NCBI GenBank assembly: GCA_036172245.1
Contig: JAYWIR010000035.1
Coordinates: 310,001-374,000 of the forward strand
Direction: 5' to 3'
Source: Raillietiella orientalis
Lineage: Eukaryota
Length of the DNA: 64,000 nucleotides
The translations under genes and the position numbers were made by a program. The first letter of the stretch is position 1. Each line of letters opens with the position of its first letter. Below, piece by piece: positions 14,421 through 26,700 of this stretch. Under the pieces are notes generated by a model. The model worked only from the letters and a program-made list of their open reading frames with translations. It did not search any database and had not been told where the DNA came from.

Positions 14421-14929
14421 GTTACGCCCATGCGTTCCCACTCCCGCTCGCAGGCACAAGGGAGAGAGGGGCCTCCTCCTTCTCCACCCACACGCGTGAA
14501 CCCGCTTCTCAGCCTCTTCAGCATCTCCCTCACACCCACGCATGGCTGACCCGAAAGGGGAGGACGGCTTGTAGTTCGTCACATGTAGGCCGTAGCCTCG
14601 TCTTGGTCGGGCATGATCCTCAGGTGGTTCGTAACCTCAACCACACTCCTGAACAGAGATGGTGGTTGCGGCTCGCCGAGCTCAGCTCAATGACCTGACA
14701 GAGTGTGACGCCTCCGAGTCGAGTGTCCTGGCCGAAGGACAGCTACCCGAAAAGCGTGATGGTTTCCTCAACGAAAAATCCGCGCTGACCTTGAACCGCA
14801 GGAGCGATGGATAAAAAAAAAAAAAACTCCTGCCCTCAGTCGCTGTGGTAGGAGGGCTGGTCTGAGACGGATGCTCGAGAGGGTAGGGTGGCGTTCCCTG
14901 TTGAGGTGAGAGTTTCTTCGGGAAAGTCT

Positions 14930-15012
14930 CTCCCTTCCCGCGATTCGAACCCTTTGCCTTCCTTTCGGCTTGCAGAGAGGGCTTTCGCCCATCGGACCCA
15001 AGTCCGAGCTGC
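14930..15012 (-). promoter_or_regulatory. tRNA-derived (SINE-head-like) Pol III promoter relic
   Basis: Reverse strand TGGGTCCGATGG (A-box-like) ... GGTTCGAATC (B-box). No intact cloverleaf. Confidence 0.45.
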
Positions 15013-15839
15013 CTGAGCCGAGGCCTTGCGCAGCCCTGCAGGCTGTTGTTGCCCTTCCCCCGAAGACCCTATTACGCAGATCTGGGAGGGAGGTGTCCTA
15101 GCCGACGGCGCGTGCAGCGAATGACCCGGCCACGTAGGGATGCTGAACGACACCGTGTGCCACATTGCTGCACGCTTTCCACTGCACTCGGCTGTGACAT
15201 GGTGCCTCATTGTGCAGACTGAAGATGGCAGCTGAAGGAAGCCGGCATGGGTCAACGCTGTCCTGAGGCGGTTCCTCGCCTTCCCCCAGATCCGTTTCAG
15301 GAAAGATGAGTAGTCGTCCCGAATGCCGTCTGCCTATTCGCGCTTCGGAAGGGGTCCATGAGAGCAAAAACGCCAAGCACAAGGACTTTGCTGTTTTCCT
15401 CGTCAATGCGAGGTGCTCAGGCGATTGTCCGAGTCTTTGTTTTCCCGCCCGAAAAGACTGGCATTTCGTTTGCCTTGGCCGGGAATGGAATCCGGGACGG
15501 TTGCCTAGAAGGAGCTGAGCATGTTCCCTTCCGTCCATCAGCAAAAGTGAGTCTGAAGGTCAGCCTGTTCTTATGGATTACCCCGGGTTATTATCCACAA
15601 TAATCCATTCCTTTTTACTTTCGAAGTCAACAGCAACAATAGTGCGAATAAAAGGGAGCTCTTCCCCATCTTCCAGTCTTCCATCCCGGTCACTGACTTT
15701 GTATTACGAGGGATGCCACAGTAGGTTCCACTCATCAGGATGACCTGAAGGCTGTATTTGTTCTTCTCTTTCAAGAGCTGCTCTTTTTCTGAGGTTGTCG
15801 CAGGTTTTGGGCATCATCCGGTGATGGTCCAAGCTGGTG

Positions 15840-18800
15840 TATCCATCCAATAGATGTGCGTGTAGCGAAACATGGAGCAACCATGACCTGCCTCATTTTA
15901 TCCGCACACATCCACGGTACACCCAGTTTCCGGAGGATCCCTTCACTGCTGCGGTCCCCAGGTTACCAGAGGTCCAGCACCTTTGCATCGACTCCTTTCT
16001 TGGATTGTTGGTTGGCAGCATCTTGGTATTTAGATACTGTCTCGTTCCTAGAGATGCTGGGTCTGACTTCTCCGTTCTCGAAGGGGCAAGCTACATCCAG
16101 CACCGCCATTCTGTTGCCCTTCTGCAATGCTTCTGTAAGCATCTGGCCTCAGAGTTGAGTCAAGACCAGGGACGCGCGACTGGTTGGCCAACACATCAGT
16201 TTCCTTCTACCCTGCTTTTCCTACCGCTGCTATTTTGTTCTTGCCCACAATCTCTCTTGTCTACGCTTTTTCAGCTTTCTTTTTCTTCTTTTTCCACTGT
16301 TTCAGATTGTCCCATCATTTTCAACAATTCCTGCATTTCATTCCCGGGTCAGCCTTAACAACTCATGAAAGGAAAATTCCTTCACGAATGATGCATTTCG
16401 TTTTCGAGGTTCTGATCTTCCAGGCTATCAGACATTTGGATTTTGATCTTTCGGGATTTCAACATGAGGGATTATGGTGTTCAGGGTTGTGGCTTTCAGC
16501 CATATGATCGGCACCGGGTCAGAATATTCCTCCTGATGGGGAAAACGCAAAGGTCGGCGAGCTAAAGCCAACCGATGCATACGCAGAGGAGGTTTTTTGG
16601 AAGCAAATCCATGACGTGGAACAAAAGGAAAGAATCAAAGTGGCTGTGGAAAGGGAGATCTAAAGAACCGTCCCCTCCCCCTTCATTCTGACCAGCTCAG
16701 CTCAACAAAAATGAAACATCATGATGGTCAAGGATGTAAAGTTCTTACACGCCCTTCCTTAAGTGTAATCCCTTGTCCACCCAATAAGCAGACCCTCTTC
16801 GTATGTTTTTTTTTATCATCCCTCCTAGAAGGATTCCTCTTAGGTGATGCACAGGTCGCACTTCTGAGATAAATTCGGTTTCACGAGCTCCCTGTCTCAG
16901 TGAGTGAAGGTCATCTGAGCGACAGGATACCCATAGGTGCTTCTCGCGTAGTGTGGCCACCTGTCTCAAGCGGAAACCGAGAGGCATTGGCCTACTTCGG
17001 CTGCACCTTAGCGGAGATGCCAGCCTTTCGCAACTGATCGCACACCTCGGGACCTCGCGTGGAAGAAGGTCCTTGTGCTTCTAAATCCAGTAGCTGAGAC
17101 ATCGTGAACCATCTCCTCAAATCCAGCTCCAGCTCCATTCATTGTTTCTCCTGTCGGAACGCCCGGGGTCGGAAGTAATAGATGGGCAGCGGTGACTATC
17201 AGGGATAACGAATTCAGGGTGTGTTCCCGTACTGCACTCGGCGGCAAGGATCGTCCTTCTGGAGTTTTCCACGACCTCGGTCTCAAATGCAGAAATCCTT
17301 CAACAGCAAGAGATGGAAACTACGTCTGCTGAGGTAGCCCGATCAGCTCCGGATGGTCACGGGATGACATGCAGTTACGAGCTGAATCAGAACTAGCTGC
17401 TCTGAAAGGTGTCAAAGGAAATAGCGCCATCACAGCCGCAGAAACTCGAACTCCAGAGAAAGTTGGTTTATGAAATGTGCGATAAAAAGAACTGCAACTC
17501 CAAACAGTTGAGGAATGCTGAGAACGACAGAAAGTTGATTATTTAGGAAGGAAAGAACAGAATTCATGGAATGATAAAAATAAGACATTCGTAAGTGACA
17601 TTAGATCTATCATGCGAGATGTCGCTGTGTTTCGCTCAGCTCCCCAAAGTTCCAAGTTTCCTAGGGAACGCTGTTTTTCCATTTCTAGGTGGATTCTTCC
17701 TAGAGCGCAGATTCAGGGCACGGACTGGGCTCGTCACAGTGCCCAGCACCGCACGAGTGCACTTTGAATATTTTTCTATATTCGGACCCTTTCCGGCTTC
17801 TGCTACCACCTCTCAGCCCCTTTAGCCCAAATGAAGTTCCCTCCCATATCCAGAAATGTTCTCGGAAACACAATTCAAAGTGGTGAGATTCATATCACTA
17901 AGAAGCCGGCACGAGATCCGAGTTATCGGTTGCGATGGAGGCAACCGAATGAGCAGATTTCTCATCGACAAAGCCCGTGTCCATCTGTAGTCCGCCTGAG
18001 CACAAGTTGGCGCGTGCTTTAAGTCACCAAGGACCCTGCACCTTATGCGGTGCCGATGGGACTTTCACCTTGGGGTATTCGAACGGTGGAAGACGGCTTG
18101 AGGATGCAGTCTGCCTCTTTATAATTATTCATTAAGAGGAGAAAAAAAAAAAACAAAATGACAACAAGGCTACTGGTCAGATAGGATGCTATCTGACTTC
18201 GGAAGATCACCAAGCAACGATGTTACCTTGCTTGTTGTTGCTATTGCTTTCCATATGTGGAACGATAAGAGTGTTTGATAAAAGACGGGAAGTGCGTTTG
18301 TAAATTGGCAAGGGAGCCGAAACGGAATGGAACGCTATCAGTGAGTTGCAAACTTGGGATTCCTGAGAGATCCACGTGGAAGATCTTCCCAAAGACCCCG
18401 GATTTGAAGACGAAACACACAACTGTTTCCTGTGAAACAGTTATATTCCTCCCCTCCTTTGAATCCTCTTCTTTCTTTTTTATCCAATGTTTATGGAGTC
18501 CATTCCGTGAGCATTTAGAAATTGCGTGAGCTGATGTATGTGTATCTTGTATTCAGCAGAGCAAAACAAGTGGAGGGGTCTTATTAGACAAGCGGACTGA
18601 AGCTTTATTCTAAAGCAAAGGCACAAGCAGCATTTGGGTGAAATCGATCGATTGTCGAATCATTCAGAGACCTCTCATTCTCTGGGGAATTCTTCGAGAG
18701 GCTGACCAGCACTCGAACAACGGAAGTCGAACTTCGAAAACCTATGTATTTGGGGAACCATAAGGAACTGTCCTGCTCTTTCTTCTGCTGTGAACCATAA

Positions 18801-20500
18801 GGAACACTCGACTGATTATTCCCTTTTCACGAGCAAAAGAAATGCTCCCACCCCCCTCCTCTCTCTCTTCATAACTCCATTTCTTCGTTTTCACTCACAT
18901 CTTCTGGTGGTCGTCCTTTTGAAAACCGACTTCTTCATTAGCTCTTAACGGGTCCACTTCTACTGTATTCTTCAAACACTTTCATGACTTCGAAAGTTTT
19001 GTTTGCGGAACAGAAGAATATGCCTTCGAGCTACCGCTCGTGTGATGTTCCTATGGCTGTACAAGCTGCATTTCCTGCACCCTTCGGTTACTGGAGTCAT
19101 TTGATCACCTTCTCAAATGTAGTGGGAAGAAATGGTTAAAATGGAAAAGTTGTTGGAGAAGACTGTCTTCCACCAGCGATCTAAAATTTCATCCCACATC
19201 TTTCGTTCTCTTTCAGTTCGATCCTCTGTGGCTGTCAAGGAATTTGCTGACATGAAGCCTGAAGAAGATTCTGCCATTTTTTTTGAAATGCAGAGCTCCA
19301 GAATCTGCTGAATCCATTTTCCCATCATAACAACATCTTCGCTTATCGAAACAATGATAGGATAATCATCGCTTCCGTATGCAAGAATAGAAATAACTCA
19401 AAGCTGTTCTGCAGATGCTGACAGTCTCAATCTTACACCTCCATTGGGAGGTATCCAATGGAGGCGTCTCCACACAAACCTGCAATCCAGAGTAACAGCT
19501 TCCTATGCGACCTGGATCATTTGGTTGGGAGGTTTATCTGGGGAAGGAGTGCTCCGGAGGAAGTGGCAACATTGGACACGTCCAATGTGTGGCTGTGTAT
19601 GGCAGAGTCCGCAACAGCTCAAGAGAAGCTTCAGTTTACAGCAAGTCAAATTATTTCATGCTGTTCAGCTGCTGTGAGAATTTCAGGTGTGGCACGTGCT
19701 GCGCACTGAGAGCGAAGTAATTCTTTAGGGTCAAGTCTTGTGTCTCGGGAGCACAACACCGAGAGACATTGCTCTCCTTGAAATCATGCAGGCAAAAGGG
19801 GCAGGGTCTTCTAAAAAACCCTGCTTAAGAAGCAGTGGAATGTCAGAAGCTGGATGAAAGGGACCATTGTAAGAGCCCTCGTCCCATCCAGTATAGTCAA
19901 GTCACCCGAAGCTATGCACGGAAGTTGCCTTATTCACCACGAAACCCGCAAACAGTAAGACAGTTGGAAAACGCGACCGGATTGTGCCATCTCAACCAGA
20001 CCAAGAGACCACTTCGAATAAAAATCCTAAAAGAGGTTTCCCACACGCGACACGAGTTGGATGTGGTTGGTGTCCATCTTCAAGTGAAGCAGAATCTTTC
20101 CCCCGCGGTCTCTTGCTTGGGAGAGGCGCAAAGCTGCGTGAGCTTTGCTGAGGTGCTGTTGAGGGTACTTGGGTGCCTAAGTGAGTCTCACCCAGAACTT
20201 CGGGTAGTCGGCTCTGTCAGCGTGGGATTAGCGCAGGTGGTTTGGAACTTTAACTCTTGAGTAACTTACGAGTTGATGAATGACGTGGGATGCAAGTAGA
20301 CGCTCATGAGCATGCTAAGGATGACGGGAGTCCGATCTCATTCAAGATAAATTTGCTGCTTTCCCCGAGTTTTACTCGTGCTTACTGGACTCGAGAGTCG
20401 TTTAATCCTTTGGGTGCGGAGCTCATCAGATTGAAACGTTCCTTGTTGATGGCACACGAGTCGCAGTTGCGATCTCTTGGACGAAATGCTGTTTCGCATA
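15840..20500 (-). mobile_element. Decayed NeSL/Utopia-like RLE non-LTR retrotransposon (RT to endonuclease), interrupted by an insertion at ~16700-18150
   Basis: Reverse-strand relics in order: TRALTM..LTFHCFLSR, QGF, SLGVV, HVPH (19690-19880); ISILAYGSDD (19361-19397, YADD-equivalent); NKQGN (~18230); TRCRSYG (~16510); PGLDSTLRPD, VLDVACPFENG, SKY, ILRKLGV (15900-16170). The endonuclease part is the clearest. Confidence 0.7.
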
Positions 20501-21549
20501 CCGCGTGCTTTATCGAGGTACCGACTGACTGTACAAATTGCTGATTTAAGTTACTATTGTAATTGCTTATTTACAACACATGAAATAAGATATTCTCACT
20601 TTTCCAAACACATATTATTTATTTAAAAATTACAATTATAATTCGGATAAATCAATAATTCATTCACATTTTCAAGATATCATATCATATTGTATTGTTT
20701 TTCAAGATGAAAAACAATACAATAAATTCTGTACGACACCGAGAAAAAACCGAGAATAGTTTGCCGACATAAATAGAATTTTGTTTACTGCCGTTGCTAA
20801 GGGAATTATAAGGACGCGGGTGTATGTGTCCATCTCAAATATGGATAGTGTTAACTTATGTCGCGAGCATAAGGTGAAAACGTTTTGCCAGACGCATAGA
20901 TGCATCCATAGCACTCAAAGGGTTAATAACAGAAACGGAATAAGGAAGGAAAAGAGAAGACAAAAGTTGGAAACACTTCCACTAATCGGAAGCCAAAAAA
21001 AAGAAACTCAGTAGAGACTACACGAAGCTCTTGCTGGTTGACATTTCTGTCACTGATGACGTAAACTGTCTATGTACGGTAAATGTGCTTTATCTACTTC
21101 CTAAAGGACTGCTGATGTTTGGCAAGGAAGAATCATCGCTGTCAGACTAAGATGTGCTTGCTGAAATAAAGATGAAAAGTTTCGTGCCCAACAGGGTGAA
21201 TGAAGATGAGAAAAGAAGTACCCAAGGACCACGCGAAGTGCAGCACGTTGATGGTCCATGGTCCGCAAGAGAGAGAATATGCTGAATTTGCCACATCTGT
21301 GTCCTCGAGGCAGTGCAGGGGCATCTCATTGTACCTGCTGCTGCACACGACGTGTTTCCCACTAGTGGATTTTGTATGTAAACTCGCTGCCACATCCGCT
21401 CTGTCTGCTTGTGGTAACTGAGCAGAAAGTTTACCTTCTTCAGCACGTCTATTCACTCTTTCCATAGATGCAGTCTTGCGGAAAGCAGAGCGTTGAATAT
21501 GCTTCAAATGCTGGATGGGAGTGATCTCACTCTGCTCTTTCATTGTCGA

Positions 21550-22880
21550 TAGATCGATAGATCACGGCTCCGTCGATAAATCACACATTTCCCACCTCAT
21601 CCAAGAGTTCAAAGGGAAGATCGTTTGAAGTTGCCGTTCCTTTAAACGTTCCACCATGCGTTTGAGCTGTTCCGCTATTTGCATTCTTTCATGCTTACAC
21701 TCCTTTTTCCCCTGCCTGGTTAACTGTAGCTTATTTTGCTGGTGTGTCGGCTTATTATAATTATTATTTAATTTTTCATGTTGGGTGACTTAACGTTTAA
21801 TTAGGGAGATCAGAAGCATTGTGCCTTCTGCACTTTGGTTAGCTACTCTGGTCATTCAAGGAGTTTATCTAGTGGGTTCACCTGGCTGTTGTTACTTTGG
21901 GGGTGATCACAATATCTATATAGCGAGGTCGCTAACTCTTGGATCTGCGATGGTAAGAATGCTTTTAGTTTGGTTATGAAAGATGCTCGTGTTGCTTTGC
22001 ATGTGTTGTTGGCAAGAACAGCTAGAATACGACTGAAGGAGTCTGCAAATATGGCTTTAGGATAACATTCGTGCATCACGTCGAGTATGGAATTCGACAA
22101 GATGCACTTGACGGTGTCAATAAGGGAAGCCCCCGTGAATCTGTGCCTCCTTTTTATCCATGATTTTTTCCTTTAAGAATTCTGATTCAGGGAATAAATG
22201 GATTTCATAAGGAGGTGCACGCAGAGCACATTAGGAAAAAATGAAAAAGCCAAGATATGTATGAAAAAAATCTTTTACATCACATACTCCCTGTTTGCTC
22301 CGCTGAAGGTGGTGGTTTTTCATCTGGCACCCATCAAAGGAAGCCGACGATGGTAGTAAATGCGATTTCCGAGACTTTCGAAAAAGATTCTTCTAAAAGA
22401 AATTCCGATGCAGTTCGGTGGTTCCGAGAGTTTTCATGAACTGCCTGCCATATCGATATATCTTTCTTCATGCCCTTTTCAATCCCGCTATGATTCATGC
22501 TTACACTGATGTAGTTAGTACCATAAGGTCACTCTACACTCACCAAACTACTCACAGACAGCTTGTTAGAAGTAGCTCATTTAGGACTGCTTGAGGCTCA
22601 GATGGAAACGGAATAAAACTGTTAGCATTTTGGCAATAATTTCGAAAGGAAGGATCCTTTTTTTATTGCAGTTTAAAGAAAAACCAAAGCATACAGCATC
22701 CCTGTTTGCATTACGGACGAATTCGAAAGAGGCAACGGAGTCTTTCAATCTTTTGGAACTCCTGTTAAGTTTCGACACCCTAAGGAGGAGAGCTGGGATC
22801 GTTTAGGGACAGCCGGATGCAGTTGTTTTGGCTGTCTCTGCGCCTTCAGATTCTCTCGAAGAACGGGAAGCATTCTGTTC
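21550..22880 (-). mobile_element. Decayed R2-like RLE retrotransposon, C-terminal part
   Basis: LHPAVP...LGCRNL..VP (GGLG region), ASFDG, WIKRRHRFTGASLIDTVK, DSFSRIL, HN..L, DIVIT appear in R2 order, with frameshifts and stops. Confidence 0.5.
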
Positions 22881-22980
22881 CTTTTGAAGTCGAGTGTAGA
22901 CGGAGCGTCATTCTTCCCAGCTTTAAAGAAACGAAAGACAGGCAGGGGAATGTCTTTTTTCTTTAACGAGATTTCGCAAA

Positions 22981-23011
<31 letters not shown>

Positions 23012-23612
23012 GAAAGAAGGAAGGAAAGCAAAAGAAAAAAAAAAAGAAGAAGAAAAAAAACACAGCATCTTAAACAAAAGCAAAGGAAAAATGCAAGCAT
23101 GAATGCATTATTGCATGCATTATTGCATAGGCGTGGAAGAACGCAAGCGGCATTCCTCGAGGCCGTCGCCGAAAAGTTCCAAGATTTGGATTCGCGCGTG
23201 CATTTCTCATTTCCGCAGGAGCTCGGAACTGGTTGTGAGAACCGCTCGCCGGAGAAGAAAGAGAAGCGCACAAGAATCGAAAACTGCAGTATCAAATTCG
23301 CCACTGGGCTTTTCAGGAATCACGCTCTGTCTGAGGCTGACGTTTAACAACTGCTTGCGTTCACAACCCCCCCGTTCCTTTCCTTAAAGGTCAAGACAAC
23401 TCCAAAGTCTAAGTAGAAATGCACGGCTGCATATGAGTGATAAAGGTTTACCCGAAAGATAGACGTTCGGAAACAGGTATCCATTCACCCAAGCCTCGGT
23501 GACGAATGTGTTTGCCTCCTGGGGTGGACACAGAAGCAGCAGCAGCAGAATATGACATACGGCCTATTGCAAGATTGAACCGGAATACTTGCCCTCCGCA
23601 TCGTTTCTCGAA

Positions 23613-23729
23613 ATGCTGACCGTCACGTTGAGAACGCTGTTGAGATTATTCAGAAAAAATTTCAAGAGTTTTGTGCTACTAGGAGTGCCTTTCCTGACAA
23701 GTCCTCTTCTTTTCGTTCTCAGCAGCCAG
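23613..23729 (+). CDS. SLC13 exon 1 ([10 protein letters not shown]...[14 protein letters not shown])
   Basis: ATG at 23613; basic then hydrophobic N-terminus typical of SLC13; donor CAG|GTGAGT in phase 0, matching exon 2. Confidence 0.85.
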
Positions 23730-26700
23730 GTGAGTTCAGTTCAGTTAGTTACGCACCTTTTTTTCTTTTCTTTGGCTTTTGTTCGTGTTCTCTGAGTGTT
23801 GGGGGGCGGGGGGAATGTGCGCGCTGAATCTTACGAGCTTGTAAAAAAAAAAAAAAAAATAAGGAAAAGCTGTGGATGGTTCGGTGGTTGCTGAGATGCC
23901 CAATGTGCAATTGCTTTGCTCGTCTCCTTTGTCTCGTCCACGGAGACGAACACATGAACGCACGTGCGGTACGTATCGCATAATTACGCGCGTGCGTGTC
24001 CCTGCCTGCGCACGGAGAGAGATACATATATACCATGTATGTTTTAACATGGCACATGATTACACACACGTGTGTCCGTGTATTCTCCTGTGTGTCTTTT
24101 ACGCATAGGCGTAAAAGACACACGGGTTTCCTGAAGAGAGTGCAACTCGGCAGCAGGAGCGAACGTTGTCTTCCTCCTATTCCTTCAAGCCGCCCGACTC
24201 CCTGTTCATCCCGCGCCCGCGTGTAGAAACCCACGCTAGTGTCACGGGGAATCTCCGTGTAGCAGCTGTCTCCTAACCCCTTCTCCCGCTCCCACGTGGT
24301 GCCGAGGCTGGTGCCTCAGCCCCGTGGCAGAAAAGACGTTTGGAACTTGCTGGGGCTTCTTTGCTCTCGTGCCGCCTCCTCAACCGAACTCCTCACCTGT
24401 TATCGGCGGCGACCCCAGTTGGCACAGTGGCTGGATCGTGCGCCTCGATACCGAAAAGGTGAAACAACCCGCTCCGCTCGGTCTTCCCAGGAAGCATGGC
24501 ACGAGGCGCGCGCGCACGCATCCGAATGCGAGCGTCAGGAAACAGAGCGCGCGTTCTTTCTCCGAAACCTTGAATCTTCGCATGCTTAAGTGGGTGTGTT
24601 CCAGTCACTGTCCGAACCTGCAGTCGCTGACGTTCCTCCCTTCCGACCGACGATAGTGGGAGGGGATCCGAGCAAACACAATTCGTATCCATTATCACGA
24701 TCCACGTTTCCGACGAACCAACCGTAGGCGTCCTCTCTCCTTTCCCCGGCACCCGCCAGCCCAGACACTTTCCATTGATCTCCATCATTCAGGTGCGCGT
24801 GCCCGTGCCGGAAAGTCGGCTGTCCGATGAAAGGAGCTCCGAAGGGCTCCCTATCTTCGGAGGGATGCAGAACCGTAACGGGTGGCACGGGACGGCGACG
24901 CTCGCGTCTCAACAAGACAGCTTTCGTCCGCTCGGTCTGGTATTTCCGCGGCTCCTCCAGCACGGAAGACGCCGCTCGCGATGTGCGATCTTGAGGCTGA
25001 GGTCGGATAGAAAGCGTTCCAGGTATCTGAGAGAGAGGTCCGTTGCGGTCGCCATGGACGTGCACTACCACCCAGCCAGCGCGAGGCTATGGTCGCCGCT
25101 CGCCGATGGTTCGCTTTCTGTCCCTGCCCACGGCACTCGTTTGCGTCAACCGAGTGGGGGGGCACAAGTGACATCCCCATCTTACACATGGCGTGTCATG
25201 AGGAAATGTCACTCGTGCCACACACTCGGAGAGCTTCCCGGAATGCCGCAATTCGTCCAGAACCAGTGCTATAACAAGACACAGCATTTGACTCTGTAGG
25301 GTCGTGCTGGCTGTCACCTAACGTGGCTCTGCATTCATCACACCTCTTCCCCCCGCGAAAGCCACGGTATTGCGTTCTTGTGGAGTAGCACCCATTTCTT
25401 CTTTTGATCCAGGGTCCTCGATGGTGCCCCGACCCGTCCTCCAAACTCCTCCTCTTGCCGGCACCACGCTCATTTCTCCGAGGGTGTCTGTTCCAGAGCA
25501 AGTTCTTCGAGATTTTTTCCCTGGAGGCTGCGCCCTCGGAGGGGAGGCAAACGCGATTCAAGATGAGACCAAAGGCTCCCTCGGCCTCTCAGGATTCTAA
25601 CAGAAAGGCGCCTTCTGCCACTTAGCGCTTCCACCCACCTCGATGCGCTCGGCAGAGGCCTCAACAGCCACTGGATTCGAAGACGGCTCCAAAGTGATCC
25701 TTTTGACACAAGCGCACCGACGATGGCACCACAGCACGGGTAGCGGTTGGCGGGGGCGGAACGCAGCTCTCGAGCAAACGGACAAAAAGCCTTACTCACT
25801 CGGCTAGACTTCCTTGAAGGTTCGTTTCTCGCGGGTAGCGTCTGATGTATTCAGAGACCTGAAAAGACCTTTTCCAAATAATGAGGAGTCCCGGAGCTGG
25901 AATCCTGCATAGCAGCAGCGCTTTTCTCGGAAGAAACGGATTCGTATCCGTATCTTGATGCTTCCCTTTCACCGTCACCTTGGTTTGGACATCACACGCT
26001 TATCTTTGATGTTACTCGCTAGGAGAGAGAGAGAGAGAGAGAAGCTACAGGAGAAACATACTAACGAGGAGAACTCGAGGGGAAGGGAGTTGACTCTGAA
26101 GGGGAACTTCTCCGTGTGCACGGTACAAACAGCCTGTATACATCCGACAGAATGTGGCGGCGGTTAGCAGTGCCCTTGAGTTGACGTCCTCAGGAACCGG
26201 TGTCCGTGGCTAAGGACGTTGGCAGGACCCGCCGAAGGGCAGAGGAGAACATCTCGGAAGTCTTGAGATGTTATCCTCCTCCCCTCGACGGGGTTTCTTT
26301 GCCTCCTTCGTCTCGAGGCGTCGCGCCGCTTTTATCCAAAAGACAGGCAAAACACAACGGGCTGGGGATCTTCAGACATGCTCTGCATTCTGCAGATGGC
26401 TGCGCGCGGGTCAATCCGGATACAGCCCGGTCAAGCCCAGAGAGGAGCTCGTCGGACCAGTTGCGTCGGGGGATACAGCAGGAGGTGGGGAGCCTTTCGT
26501 GCTCGAGGCTTCGTTTACTGAAGGCGTGCTGCCTTCGATGAAAGGTCTTCCAGACGGCGGAAGCCTCTCCTGATGGTAGGCTTCTTCCTGAGGATCATAT
26601 ATTTTCGAGGAGACTGCGAACAAAAGAAACAGAAAAATCAGTATCGAGGAAAAGTCAGTGGCAGCTCATCTTGGACTCTCCACAAAAAAGAACCAAAAGT

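Noticed and set aside
14495..14525. Hammerhead-like CTGAAGAGGCTGAGAAGC on the minus strand
   Set aside because: The required GAAA core after stem II is missing.
15555..15775. U2 snRNA target remnant (ctgttcttat / gtatttgttctt) beside the Utopia-like element
   Set aside because: Only about 10-nt matches, and in the opposite orientation to the element.
19100..22800. Multi-exon minus-strand host gene head-to-head with SLC13, using tiny and GC-AG introns
   Set aside because: Exon phases could not be joined consistently. The open stretches are better explained as frameshifted RT/RLE retrotransposon relics.
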